Below, in pieces: positions 1 through 13,012 of a DNA stretch of 64,000 nucleotides (positions are counted from its first letter, which is position 1; the number at the start of each line of letters is the position of its first letter). The stretch comes from Macrostomum lignano (taxonomy: Eukaryota), in the NCBI GenBank assembly GCA_002269645.1, contig NIVC01000164.1:62001-126000 (forward strand), given 5' to 3'. Both the position numbers and the translations under genes were made by a program. Under the pieces are notes generated by a model, which saw nothing but the letters and a program-made list of their open reading frames with translations, did no database searches and had not been told where the DNA came from.

Positions 1-289
1 AGAATCCACCCCTGGGTCTTTACCCTAGATTTGCTGTCTAGTCTAGACTTTGTAAACAGCCACTCACAGCCACTCAGTTAGTGTCTCATTACTAATTTGT
101 CAATAAAATAGTCAACTGAGGAAAGAAATTCCCCATTTTCAGTGCACAAACTTTTCTGGGTGAAACAATGAATTTACAATAAAGGTAGGGACCGGATTAT
201 AATAATGAAGATAAAGGAAGTTCGCGGGTCGCATAGAAAGTCTTTGAGGGGCCGGATCTGGCCGGAGGTTGCCGAACCCTGATCTATAT

Positions 290-449
290 GTAGTGCTGGT
301 ACCCATTTTACCGCTGGGTGAACTGAAGCAGTTCACAGTTAAGTTAAGTTAAGCTCCAGGACACAAATTGTTCTGAGTGGGGATCGGGAATCGAACCCCC
401 GACCTTCAAGTCGTGAGTCCGACGCTCTAACCACTAGGCCACAACCCCC
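290..449 (-). mobile_element. tRNA-derived SINE family A, 5' part (head plus conserved core)
   Basis: Minus strand reads GGGGTTGTGGCCTAGTGGTTAGAGCGTCGG..GGTTCGATTCCC (A and B boxes), then the core TGCTTCAGTTCACCCAGCGGTAAAATGGGTACCAGCA, which resembles the Nin/Deu SINE domain. Homologous to copies at 4160-4445, 15088-15360 and 46360-46625. Confidence 0.8.
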
Positions 450-518
450 TAGAACGTATGCCGTAAAGTACACAGGAAAAGACCTTACTGTACCATTCTT
501 TAGGTACGCAGCCATAAA

Positions 519-580
519 TAGCCGTACGCAGCCTTCAGATGCGCCGCGCAAATAGCTGCTGCGGCTGAGTTGTCGGTTTC
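519..580 (+). mobile_element. SINE family A 3' tail fragment, inverted relative to the adjacent head
   Basis: AGCCGTACGCAGCCTTCAGATGCGCCGCGCAAATAGCTGC matches the tails of the copies at 15298-15355 (+) and about 46370-46420 (-). Confidence 0.7.
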
Positions 581-1310
581 TGCCCATTAGGGTGCAATAA
601 ATTTTAATTATTATAAATTACTAGCTTATTATTTTTAACGTGAATTAGAAAAATCCCATGTTTTTAATTGTTATTATCTTACAATTGCTTTATAGAACAG
701 CGCTATGTCCATATTTTAATATTGTTTTTTTCAATATCTCTAAAATCTAACAAATTTTTGATTAATTTACGGAATTAAATTTCGTAAATTATTTTTTCGT
801 AATTTACGAAATTACGAAATGTATCTATAAACACCGCGGAAAGAATTTTCATTTAACATTCTTTTGCAACTTTTTTTATAAACTGTCGAGCTGGTAGTAG
901 ACGCTTTCATTCAAATCAGTCATTAAACTTTTTATTTTGCAAATTATTTTTCTTTGATTACCGGTTAATTCCAGATTTAAACAAATATTGCCTCGCCTCA
1001 AAGCATTCATTTTTTATCTTTGGAATTCCTAAAACTTCTTGCGCCCAGTTCCAAAAGCTTTAGCTAATCGAGCGTTTTTTCGGTTTTTATATAACAAGAA
1101 TTAGCAGATCCTTGTTTTAGGATTTTGCTTTTAGTTTCGCACAGAAGACGCACAGATTTAGCTACTTATACTTTTCTATTAAAAGATTTTCTGCTTAAAC
1201 CTACAATATTTTTGAAAGTTTGAAGGAAAGAACGTTTCCTTCCTAGCAAAAAACGTTTTGTTGGTTGCTGGTCAGATCGTCATCGTATTTATTCATCTCA
1301 TTCTATAGGA

Positions 1311-1412
1311 CAGGGGTCAGAAAACTCCGGCCCGTGTGGGCCACATGCGGCCGCGAAGCCTCTCTATACGGCAGTCAGGTCGTTTGAAACTTCACAATCG
1401 CAATTCGGCCCG
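1311..1412 (+). mobile_element. hAT-like MITE terminus (partial)
   Basis: CAGGGGTCAGAAAACTCCGGCCCG resembles hAT/Charlie termini. A similar end, CAGGGTTCGGCAACCTCCGGCC, lies on the minus strand near 260-282. The opposite end was not found. Confidence 0.35.
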
Positions 1413-1421
1413 CTTAAGAGT

Positions 1422-1820
1422 CTTCTCTCCCCTCTTCTCTCCTCTCTCCCCTCTTCTCTCCTCTCTCCCCTCTTCTCTCCTCTCTCCCCTCTTCCCTCCT
1501 CTCTCCCCTCTTTTCTTTCCTCTCTCCCCTCTTCTCTCCTCTCTCCCCTCTTCTCTCCTCTCTCCCCTCTTCTCTCCTCTCTCCCCTCTTCTCTCCTCTC
1601 TCCCTTCTCCCCTCTCTCACCTCTTCTCTCTCCTCTGTCCCTTTTCTTCCTCTCCTGTCTTCTCTCTCCCCTCTCTTTTCTCCCCTGCATGTCTCTTCTT
1701 TTTTCTCCTCGCCCCCCTCTTATCTCTTGCCGTTTCTCTCATCCCATCTCTCGCCTCTCCTCACTTCTCTTATCTCCTATTTTCTACGGGCTCTTATTCC
1801 CTCTCCTTTCCTCTCTCATG
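1422..1820. repeat. CT-rich low-complexity tandem repeat
   Basis: Reiterated CTCTCCCCTCTTCTCTC units; they explain the spurious ORFs at 1336-1821 and 1364-1690. Confidence 0.9.
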
Positions 1821-2616
1821 ATGACAAAGTGACCCGAAGTGGGGTGGGATACGAGTAAGACACTAGCTCCATGCAGATGACGAAATGACAAGGAACCGTT
1901 TAACTCAGTTTTTTAAATTCGTGCTTTATTGTACAATCGTGTCCCTCGATAAAACATTTTGTGTACTTTCGGTTTTTTAATTATAAAAACATTTTTAAAA
2001 TGCATGCTTACATGTGCATCTGCGACATACAGTTGAGTGGTAAATGCTAAGAATAATTTTAAAAACAAAAAATGTTGTGATAACATAAAAACGCTTCAAA
2101 TTGGCACGTACGATTCGTCGAAAGAACTTTTTGTACTTCACCTATTTACTGTTGTCGCAGATCTGAAGTTACTTATATGTTGTACTTTTAAACTGAACTT
2201 TTGCACATGTACCATACTTTGCTCTGAACGTACTCAAGTACTCGTAACTTCTGACAAATATTCTGTACAGTAAAAATCCAAAAAATTAAGAAGAAACAAA
2301 AAAGTCTAAAAAACTACAAAAAACTGAGAAATACCGCCATCACCTGCGATTCACCATGTACTCATTAAGACTCCATTTTTGCTCAACAACCCCCAATAAT
2401 ACGACGTATTGTGCTTTTTCAATTAATGACGATTTTTAATTTTTTTTTCTGTAAATGGCAAAAAGTAGTTTGTGCATGTGAACCTCCCCCTCCTGTGTAT
2501 ATTTCAACCATGTGTTCAAAAATTTCACCCAATCCATTTCAGCGAACAAAAAAAATATTAAAATCTTTAAAAGCCGAACATTGCGTCTTCATTGTCTGTT
2601 TTTAAAGATGAGATAT

Positions 2617-3051
<435 letters not shown>

Positions 3052-4159
3052 TTTTAGCGCAGAACCTGAGACGTTGGCAAAAATGTCTCAGACTGTGTCT
3101 ATTGGGGTTTCATTTTTTTCTAGAAATATCGTCGATATACACTCGCTACGCGGGTTCGTGCGGGGGTAGAGCGTCTGCCCCAACACGCTTATTCTCAATC
3201 CAGGTGCGCCGGTCCTCAACTTCACGCAGCACGCTCATTTAGATCTAACGGTCTGGTCAGTTGAACTGCTCAGAATGAATACGAAGAAAATTAATTGCTT
3301 TCTAATTAACGTTCATACAACACGAGTGGATTTTCCGTGGAAAAGCCGCAAGACATATGCATCTTTGAAAGGGAACTTCTAAATAATAAAGCTCTATTTA
3401 AAAGACTACATTGACAGTTGGAAGGCGACACAGAGTGTAAAACTCCAAGAGCGGTTCAGTGGCGTGTCGTTGAGCGCTTTACAAGACCTCTTTATTCGGC
3501 AGGTATCAAGGTGCTTTTAAAGTGAGTATATGTAGTTATTATCACAGAGTTAAATTCTTTTATAAAATGTTTTGAATATTGATTCGTTATCGTATTCAGC
3601 TCGTTGTATGTGCATTTGTACTTTCATGTATATAAATCCAGCATGTAGAAAGCACGGGAATCTCTGCAATGCAACCAATACAGAGAGCGATCTGGGTTCA
3701 AACAAGGACAACTAAAGCAATGTATAGACTTTAGTAGTCCTTAAGGTTCAAAGCGAAAGTTTCTTGATCTCAACTTCCCAGAATGTTTGCAGTGGCTCCA
3801 GGCGATCAAGAAATATGCGTTGTTGACGAAGGTCTCGCTGAACTAAATCAATAGCTATGCAGCAGTCAGTAGCAACTTATCAAAAAGCATTGATCTATTT
3901 ATTATCTAGTCAGCTCAGTAGCAGGCTAGGTTTTTGCCTAGACTAAGAATTAACTGATCAAATTTGGCTTTTTCCGAAGCTCACATTTATCACACCGAGC
4001 CGGAGCAAATAGGTAAGTCGTCACTTTCGAATTTGATTTCTGCTTCGGTTCAAAAAGTGAAATTGGAAATCTACTAAAGAAGTGTTCAAACTCAAAAGAG
4101 CAGGTCAAGAAGGCCTCTCACCCAACTAATCAGAGTACCAAGTTTCCAAGAGTACCAGA

Positions 4160-4445
4160 CAGGGAGGGGGCTGCCTTAAACCCAGTGAGTGGTCTAACGC
4201 AGCGCTCTGATGCTCCGATGCCAGCGGCCCATCAAAATAAGCTGCTAAGCATGACTGAGGGGTCGCCACACACACCCTCAATTACCCCAGCGAATGCTGG
4301 TATCCATTTTACAGCTGGGTGAACTGAAGCAATGCAGAGTTAAGTGTCTTGCTCAAGGGTACAATTGTTCCGGTGGGGATCGAAAATCGAACCTCCGACC
4401 TTCAAGCCATGACTCCGACGTTCTATCTACTAGGCTAAAACCCCT
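4160..4445 (-). mobile_element. SINE family A copy with a different 3' tail
   Basis: Same tRNA head and core (GCATTGCTTCAGTTCACCCAGCTGTAAAATGG) as the other copies, but the 3' portion is unrelated. Lies in the probable 5' UTR intron (GTAAGT at 4013 to AG at 4630-4631) of toxin-like gene 1. Confidence 0.75.
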
Positions 4446-4652
4446 ACTAAGAGTGAAATAGCCTACTCAAAGTAGAGAGATAAGATGGGAACTCATGTGT
4501 AAAAAGTGCGTCCTCATCATACGAACTCATGCACCGTTTTTATCGCATTTTTATGCTTGTAGGAAGCAAAACTTATGTAACTTAATGTAACTTTTAATAT
4601 AATAGCCTGTTACTAATTTGAATTTGTGCAGGCAGCCAAACGGTTCAAGAGC

Positions 4653-6121
4653 ATGTCGGCAGCTCAGCTGAGGATACCAGGGCTAGGCCGATCGTTTACC
4701 CTGGGTTCTTTGTACAACACAAAGACCAATGAGTTGATTCAAGGAATAAAGATTTTTTCACGCGAAGAGCTTGAGAATATGGTTTGTAAGCACCGCAACG
4801 ACTCCATGGAGTGCGAATTTGTAAAAGAGAACTCCATGTCCGACAGGGCAAAGAATCTAGACATAAGCGGTGAGCTGTCTCTGTCGCTTCTGTCGGGTTT
4901 CATCACGGCTAGCGGCACTGGCCGGCACCTCACGGACAGCAAGCAAACGAGCCAAACTGAGAGTCTGACGTTCCGAATCAAGTCAAAGACCGAATTCGAG
5001 GAGATTCATCTGCCCCACGGACTCCGTCTGAGAGACGTTAGCGATATATGCGGTGCAACGCATATCGTCACAGGCATCCAGTACGGCGCGGTACGGCCCT
5101 ATTCACCTTTGAGCTGAACAAGTCGGACTCAATATCTGATGAAAAATCGTCGGGCGGGCTGAAAGCCAAAATAACCAAGCTGATAAACCTAAGTGGCTCG
5201 GGCAGGCTCGACCTGAAAACGACTGATAAAGAAGCCAGTCAGAAGATACGAGTGACCTACACGGGAGACTTTCACTTGGACTGTCCACCAATAAATCTTA
5301 GCGATGCTGTGGCGTGCATTCAGAAAGTTAAAAGTTCTGCAGCTAGATCGCCAGTTACAGTCACCCTGACTCCACTCTCCGCACTGATGGGCGAAGAAGT
5401 TCACAAAGACCTGAGACCCGCCCCACTCCCTCAAGCTATAGTTGAAAAAGTTCAAAAGTCTTACGAGTTTCTCAACGAAGCTATCGCAACGCTGGATAAC
5501 GCTGTCACAGACCTGAGACCAACTATTTGGTTTAGAGTTGCAAATAAATTGGAAGAGGAGGCCCTGAGCGTCAGACGTCAAAAAAGGGTCCTGGACGACA
5601 ATGTGAAGTCTTTTCTTCTCGAAGCTGGTGATAAGAAGGAACAGCTGCTCAAGCTATTCGCGAAGGCCGAAAGCTATTCCCAAAAGAGACGGCAATGGTC
5701 AATCGCAGTTTGTACTACCAGTGAGATTCTCTTGGAGATTGCTGAAAGTTTTAAACGTCTAAAGCTGGAACTCATTTCAAGCCAGAGTCAGAGGACGCGA
5801 TTCAACCTGAGCTACAATGGCGATAAGAAACGATACAGGGTTTCATTTCCTGTTAAAAAGTTCAGCTTCGAATTGTTCAAGGATAAACTTGATCTCTGGA
5901 TAAACGAAGAAGAAGAGAGGAAGTTCTATTCCGAATTTCACGAGCTGAGACGCCGGATAAGCAAAGAAAATGTTTCTGCAGACAATTTTGAGGACCCAAC
6001 TCCGGAGCAAGGCCCTTCGACTGAACAAACGGAACCTGACGAGCCAAGACGGGTGTCGATTGAACACTGCGATCGCGGTGGTGACTCGCTGACCTTGGAG
6101 GAGCTCGAAATCGAGTGTTAG
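4653..6121 (+). CDS. Stonustoxin/neoverrucotoxin-like (MACPF/CDC) protein 1, interrupted by one frameshift at about 5088
   Basis: Motifs LGRSFTLGSLY, LDISGELSLSLLSG..ASGTGRHL and ATHIVTGIQYG match the SNTX N-terminal domain. ORFs 4626-5117 and 5048-6121 join as YGGTALFTF if 2 nt (GC, 5088-5089) are removed, giving 488 aa. A splice acceptor lies just upstream of the ATG. Confidence 0.75.
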
Positions 6122-6941
6122 CTTCGGATGACTTCATAAGCGTTAATTTGAACATTAATAAAGTGACATGTTGTACTCCTATTCGTTCGTAATTAGATAT
6201 AGATTTCTTCTATTTGATATAATTTGGAGTCAGAGGATCAGCAAGAAATGAAACTTATTGCCGCTATTTTGACACTAAGACCATACGCGAATAGACTGCT
6301 GGATGCACGCAAAGCTATATAGCCAATTCAACTTTTCAGCAGATATGTACGCTCGTATATTCCGCATTATAGTTTAGTTTTTCTGCTCCTTTTAGCTTGT
6401 CGTTTTCTTATTACCCTTAGTAGCAACATACAAGTATTTTCCCTATCGATTTGACTGCTTAACTTTTATCCTGAACTTCTACGAGCGTAGCTATAGCTTC
6501 TCCTATATCATTAAAACAATATGTATAACGCAGGTCGGACATGTACTTTTGTTTAATAGCATTAAAGTGACGAGTTATAGTGCCACACCATAATGGAATA
6601 ATCCAAAATTTACTCTGGCAGTAGTTTAGAACGTTGCTATTCCAGTTCCAGCACCTTTTGTAACTTAAATGTAATTAAAAATCTAAGAGTATTTTGCATC
6701 GCGTTGCTCTTAATTATTTAATTACATTGGCTATTCACAGTATTACTAATTAGAGAGAATTTAGCCTAGTAAAAAACCCTAAAATTATTTAAAGTCCCTG
6801 AATTCTCCAGAACATGATCCTAGAAGGTTTTGCATGCAAGAAAAATTTCATGTCATTATTTATTGATCTAAAAAACAACACAGCATCAAAAACCTGAATT
6901 TCAATTTCAGCGACTACTGAATTCGTCAAGTGCAGCTGAGA

Positions 6942-8818
6942 ATGTCGTGGGCAGAGGCAAAATGTGTGAGAGAGGCCACCCTCGGCAGATCTGTGCGTCT
7001 AGGTCAGCTTTACGACATCCGGCGGCACTCAATAATACCAAAGACGGCTTGGCCAGCTGAAACCATTCAGCGCATGACCGCAGGACGGAACGATTCCCCA
7101 GAGGTAAGTCTCTCATTTGACTACGAACGGACTGCGAAGCAAACGGTAGAACGGTTTGAAATGAGTGCCGAGCTCAGATTCACTGTGAACTGCTTGCTCT
7201 TCGAGAAGAGTTGGACAGGATCCGCAAGATACATATCGGAAGCGAGTTCCTTGCAAAGCAGAGGCAGCCTTTCGTTCCTGTACGACGTTAAAAATGCCAT
7301 CGAAGAGCTTCACTGTTGCCTTGACAACGACGAAGATGATCTAATTAACCTGCCAGACAATACCACCGCAACCCATATTGTGACTGGAATTAGATACGGA
7401 GGTAAAGCAATCATTGTATGTAAGGGATGGCGAAGTCAAACGAAATTCTATGACTCAGCCAGCACTAGTATCAGCACATTCAGATCAAAGATTGAAAATC
7501 TAATTGAGGATGCCGGGCGATCATTGCGGAATCAAGTCTCAAGCCTAGCAGACTATTCGTCAGATTCTACTAATTTTGAATTGTGCGAATGCTACACTGA
7601 CTTCCAGCCTCACAAGAAGCCTCTAAAGTCCCCGATGATGCACTGGAGTATCTAAAAAAGTTAAGGTCTGAAGATGCAAACAAACCAGTGGAGATTTTCC
7701 TCACACCCATAGACTACTTCAAGCAAAGAAGGCGAAGAACTTTAATACCAAGCATTCCGTCCAGACATTTAGATGAGGTCTGTGACTACATGGATGAACT
7801 TAAAGAGGCGGAGGAAAGGTTTGAATCCCTTATAAACGAAATCTCTGTAAATAACCTAAAAAGCTCCATTGGGGATACCGTCCAAGAATACCAAAACAAG
7901 CTAAAGCAATACATGATGGAGTACAGAAGCAGAATGTGGCAGACATATGTCAGAAATGAAAAGTCATCTAGCCTAATTACAACTCACCACAGGTTGAGTT
8001 TCGAAAGTGGTTTTACATTGGAAAGGCTTAGAGCTTCTTTTGATAACTTTGTCAAACAGGCTAACGAAATTGCTGCTCAGAGAGAGCACTTTAGAAAGTG
8101 TGTTGAGGACGGTAAGCCAGAGGCCACCGAGAAACTCGCTGACAAATCATCTAGAACTGCTGCTACACTGCTTGCGCAGCATACTGCGATTCAACAGCAA
8201 CAAGATCTTATGGCGCAAGCAATCAATGCTGATGAAAACGAAATACCCAATCTGCAGAGTTCCGCTGAGCAACAAGATCAGATGGTTCAAAAAGCAAAAT
8301 CTATTTATACAATAATCAGTTTTGTGAAAGTCGACAGAAACGTGAACGTTACCTGGTGCATTGATTGCGGAGAAGCATGCCATAGTGGCTGCACTTTCGG
8401 CAATGACGAGGAAAAGGAGCGTTGTAAAGCGATGCACAACGGAAAGTGCACAAAATGCCGACAAAAGTGTCCCTGGAAACGCCATCAAAACAGGAAGTAT
8501 AACTTCGAAGAAGTAGTCACCAAAAAAATAATCACAATTGCCGACGTCGCCGAAAGATACCAAATAGAACTTGACCGGGCCGGAGCAGGGATGAGGCGGC
8601 TTCAACAACAGCTGTCGGAGGATGCTGAGCTGACGCTGCAGCAACTGGCTTACAACCTGGTGATAGCTCACCGCTGTTTAGAGATACTTCATCCAGAACA
8701 GGAGACGATTGAACATTTTGTCAAGAGGAAAATCAACGAGACCGGTGAAGAGAAAGCTGACCTGGAAGAGAAACTTCTGACCATAGTAAACAAAATTTCG
8801 ACCGAGTTGGTACAATAG
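6942..8818 (+). CDS. Stonustoxin-like protein 2 with helical region and C-terminal Cys-rich domain, interrupted by one frameshift at 7630-7633
   Basis: Motifs LGRSVRLGQLYD, FEMSAEL, WTGSARYI and ATHIVTGIRYGG. Adding one C to the C4 run at 7630-7633 joins the ORFs as PLKSPDDALEYLKKL..PVEIFLTPI, aligning with paralogue 1 (PPINLSDAVACIQKV..PVTVTLTPL), giving 625 aa. Confidence 0.72.
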
Positions 8819-9481
8819 CAAACAGGGCAGCAGCAGCCTTAAAACCAAATTCTGAAAGCCATACCTAATAAGCTTTCAAATTATTGAAAACATTGAAATA
8901 TTTCAATTTTTTGGTTGTCTGGCTTTATACTATCTGCTTTTGATATACTGTAAAGAATCTAATTGACAGCACAGATCTTCCCGTAGTTATAGGTTACGAA
9001 GCAAATGACGAAACTTTCAATAGCAATAAAAAAGAGTTTAAAGCCTATGATACAGTGTATCATTTTGGCACTGTTATACCCTTGAGTTATATATACTCGT
9101 AGAAGCTAATTACAAGCTTATATTTCGACATTTTGATAGCGACTGTTTCCTTAAGTGGCTAAACATTAATAATCGGTCAAATTGCGCGAAAATTAGGCTT
9201 TTCACATGACCAATTCCAGAACCAGAATCGGTTCGGATCTTGCAAGAAAAAAAGCAGTATACACTCAGCAACATTTAAAAGTGTCTACCCTTGCGCCAAG
9301 GGTCCATGGGCAGCACGATCGATGGCTTCGCCACTTGGTTTTGGGCCATAGACAAATGAGCAAAAAGGGCAGGAAAGTGTAAAGATCGATATCTGGTGTC
9401 ACAGGAAAAGCGTTACAGTAACGAGAGTACAGGGGTTTACTGGAGGCATCTGGACGCAGAGTGACAACGATAGTTCGCTAA

Positions 9482-9725
9482 ATGACTGATTGGCGCACTC
9501 TGCGTTGGCCGTCCAGATCACCGGATATGAACTCGATTGAGCCCGTGTGGGATTTCCTGAAGCGCACGATTCGGTGCAACAATCTCTATCCCCCTAGAAC
9601 ATGGTCCAGCTGCGCAATGCGCTTTCAGTCGCGTGGCAACAGCTTCCACAAGACTTTCTGCGGCGCCTTGCTCGGGAATGCCTCGACGAGTGAGCGGTCT
9701 GTTGGACGCTCGTGGTTGCTATCTA
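9482..9725 (+). mobile_element. Tc1/mariner transposase C-terminal relic
   Basis: WPSRSPDMNSIEPVW motif. A frameshifted continuation reads QLRNALSVAWQQLPQDFLRRLA, typical of Tc1 C-termini. Confidence 0.8.
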
Positions 9726-9775
9726 TACCTGTTACTGACTGTGCTTTAGACACGTACACAGCGTGGAAGTATATG

Positions 9776-10116
9776 GTATTACCCCTATGGATTTATTTAT
9801 TTGGCTGATAGAGTGACCGAGGCGAAGCCGAGGCCATAGAAATGCAGCCCGAGGTCACTCTTGAGGCCCAAATTAAATGAATCCATAGGGGTAATACTCT
9901 ATTTATCCCTCGCTTGGCTGACGGCGCCAAAGTCTGTAGTCTATGGTAAAAAACGAGAAGGAAAGAGAAAAAGGAGAAGGGAGACCGCGCCCGGCCAAAT
10001 AAATGAATGGCTCTTTTCTATTGGTTTAGCCATTTATTTGGCCGGGCCAGATAAATGAATCTTGCTTTCCTATTGGCGGAGCCATTTATTTGGCCCGGCC
10101 CAAGTGGGGGATAAAT
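9776..10116. repeat. Compound palindromic (foldback/MITE-like) element
   Basis: Arms 9776-9804 and 9868-9897 are near-perfect inverted repeats around CCGAGGCGAAGCCGAGG. A second inverted pair lies at 9901-9917 and 10100-10116, with internal GGCCAAATAAATG/CATTTATTTGGCC repeats. Confidence 0.65.
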
Positions 10117-12168
10117 GGGCATGGACTTGTTTCTTTGATCATTCTTTGTTGCCTTATTTTGTCTATGGCCCAAACATAGTTGAAAAAAAATTTCAATCCC
10201 TAATCATTCAGCTAGTGTAGCCTTTTGTGCAGACGTGGACACTTTTCAATGTTGCTTTTCAATATTGAACTTTGTTGAATGTCTTAACAGCCTCACTGCA
10301 TCATTTTTCAATTTCTTCTTGGCTATTCCTATTTAATAATTATAACTTCATAGCACGTATATCCCTCTATAGTTTAGGAGACAAAATATACTATACAAGT
10401 ACGATCTGGTTCTAGAACTAGAACAAGCAATATGAAAAGGTCCAATGTAGACGTAAATGAGATAAGTATAATACTCGTCTAATGGATTCATAAATCGGGT
10501 TATTGTTCTCTTTCTTCCTTTTGAAAAGGCAGAAAAACCGAGTGAAAATGGACTTGGACCACTAATTTGAACTTAGATACCGGTCCGCTAATGTGTACTA
10601 CAACAAAATTTTGAAAATTTGTGTTTGCGGACTAACCGCTAATCCACAAAAAGATAGCGATGCTCAACATTCAGTAAAGCAGAATTTGAAGACCGAAAAG
10701 AAGAGAAATAAAAGAAACAATACAGACAGTTTTCCGCATATTCTTCTCATATTGCTATTATTTTAAAAAATAATTTCTCTTCCCAAATCTGTTTCACCTG
10801 TTCATATCACTCTATGACATAACAGGATAGCACAAGTGATTAAACACGATATTAAAATAGGTGCAGAAATGTTTATTAGCGAAAACGGATGTTTCGAAGC
10901 GAATTTGCAAAAAAACTATTTACATTACGCTCAAAGCCCGATTCTTTGAAGGAATTTAAAATCTAGTTACTGCAGCTATTTCTCATTCTTTTTCAGCGCG
11001 TTTATACCGAGTCTTCATTTTTCTTTGATTTTGATATCAGTTAATTGCTTTCTTTGAGTTGTTCATGAGCATTGGCGAATCCAGCTGGCTTTTGCATTTG
11101 TTTATACGCTAAAAATTCCACCTGAAACTTCATTTACCCAGCTCAAACCTTAACAGTCCCTACCGCGCTCACAACCTACGAGTGTATACAAGTGGCCAAA
11201 AGATCCGACAAAATGATGTTGTCTGTTCCATTCTGCGGTCTGTTCCAATTGTTCATTGGTACAAAGTTACGTTGGCTATATAGTGTTTCGGCTGATAATA
11301 TGAAATCTGTTTTAAAGTTGTACGCATAGCCTTATCAGTGGGACAATTAAATTTATGAAACTTCTAAAACGAAAACGAGCTTAACTAAATTTAGCTGATA
11401 TACTCTTCTGTGTAAACTATGCTAACTTGTCAACGTGTCAAGTGTTTAAGTTAGTTTCAGTATGATTATTCAGAAAATTGTTGTATACTTTTTTGTGTAG
11501 AAAATCAATGTTTGTTGATTTATGCCAGCTATATGGTTTTGAGGTTTTGCGAACCGTAAAATTTCTTTAAAATTCACCATTTTTTGCTAGTTACGTCAAC
11601 TATTATGAACTATTAGAACTATTATTACGTCAACTTAAGCTCATAAAATGGAGTCCCTAATTATCCCCTCGCTTGTTCTCTCCTATCTCAAGTTCAATTT
11701 TCGTTGTTTTTTTTACCCAGCTCCCTGGTGTCACTGTGAATAGAATGACGTATCATTTGTGTACATAGGTTACTCGGGCTCCACTTGATGAGCTTAAGTT
11801 GATAGGCCCTTTTTAAGGCGACTGCTGATTGAAGTGAAAATAATCTAAAAAAGTTAAAAATACAGTGGTTATAATTGTTTTTCGTAACGTTAACTAAAAA
11901 CAAGAATTTAAACAACTTATAATTTAATACTTAACTTTGCTCGTACAAAACAAAACGTTTATTAAGACAGTCGCAATGTGCTAAGCACAGGCAAAATGCA
12001 ATTAGTATGCTGTACTTTTAGCCACGAGTACTCGTAATTGCCAGTAAGTGGAATTTAAATAAAGAAAACAGAACAGAAAAACGCAATAATTGGCTTACAT
12101 TGCTACTTATAGCAGAATTGATAGTCGGATGGTGTTCTGGTCAAAAAGTGACCTAAACACTGCACTGC

Positions 12169-12486
12169 TTAGGCCAGCATAACAACTCGACACTCCAGCT
12201 CACTGAGCAGCCGTTCTCTAATTGGCGCCTCCCATCTAGAAAACCAGGTCGCTATTAGCTCAGTCTGGCTATTAATTATAATCTCCGATGAGTACATGTA
12301 ACTGCTCGAGTCATCCGTGTTCAGACTCGCGCCAGCCAGACTATCGATAAGAGCCTGCATCTGGGGATCCACTGACCGCTGGTACTGCTGGCAGCGACGA
12401 AGCTTGGATAGCAGATCCGTCTGGCAGCGGCGGGGCATGCGACCGCACCAGTAGATTGACCAGGCCAGCTGGGTGTGCGAGTCCAT
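12169..12486 (-). CDS. Small intronless protein, DUF4508 / C14orf119-like
   Basis: 105 aa with pattern ..YW...P......L..L...QALIDSL..ASL...IIINSQTELIATWFSRWEAPIRERLLSELE, recalled as similar to C14orf119 (LLDSLEQLS...CQLHLWDQWFRGW...R..FV..LE). An acceptor-like TTTTCGCAG lies about 70 nt upstream. Family call is from memory. Confidence 0.55.
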   Translation of the reverse strand: MDSHTQLAWSIYWCGRMPRRCQTDLLSKLRRCQQYQRSVDPQMQALIDSLAGASLNTDDSSSYMYSSEIIINSQTELIATWFSRWEAPIRERLLSELECRVVMLA

Positions 12487-12656
12487 GCTGCGACCGAATG
12501 GGAATTATTGGTTTCAATTAGCCGAACTGTATGCCACTTTTTGTTTTCAATAAGTCTGCGAAAATCTGGAATACAGTTAAATACGATAAAAGATAAAGAT
12601 AGCAATGCTATTACGAGAGCTATCGATTTTTTACTTTATTATTAACCTCAAGCATG

Positions 12657-13012
12657 AAGTGCCGTAGCCCAGTGGTCCAGCGCGGCCCTCTGATGTGCCA
12701 GCGGCGCAGGCTCGATTCCAAATGTCGTCACATTAATTAAATTGGAATCTCGGCTTGGCTCTGCTCGTGCAGTTAACGGCCTTGAGACCGAGGGCCAAGA
12801 CCCCAGCCCCCATCCTTCAAGGCACAGTGAAGTGTACATGCCTAACAATAAATAAAGTTAGGGCACTGTTACACTCCTGTGTGTGTGTCTGTGCGTATGA
12901 CTGCGTACGTATCCTTGTGCTTATGTGCCTGCTCAGGGGGAGGCAGTAATGCCTCTCGCCGGTTGTGTGACAATGTCGCTTTAGTGCGCCAGGGTGCACA
13001 CAATAAAAAAAT
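12657..13012 (+). mobile_element. tRNA-derived SINE family B, copy 1
   Basis: GCCGTAGCCCAGTGGTCCAGCGCGG..GGCTCGATTCC (A/B boxes) and an A-rich tail; closely similar to 13660-13980. Confidence 0.75.

Noticed and set aside
339-449. tRNA-like sequences at SINE heads
   Set aside because: They continue into shared SINE bodies and lack a complete cloverleaf, so they are not tRNA genes.
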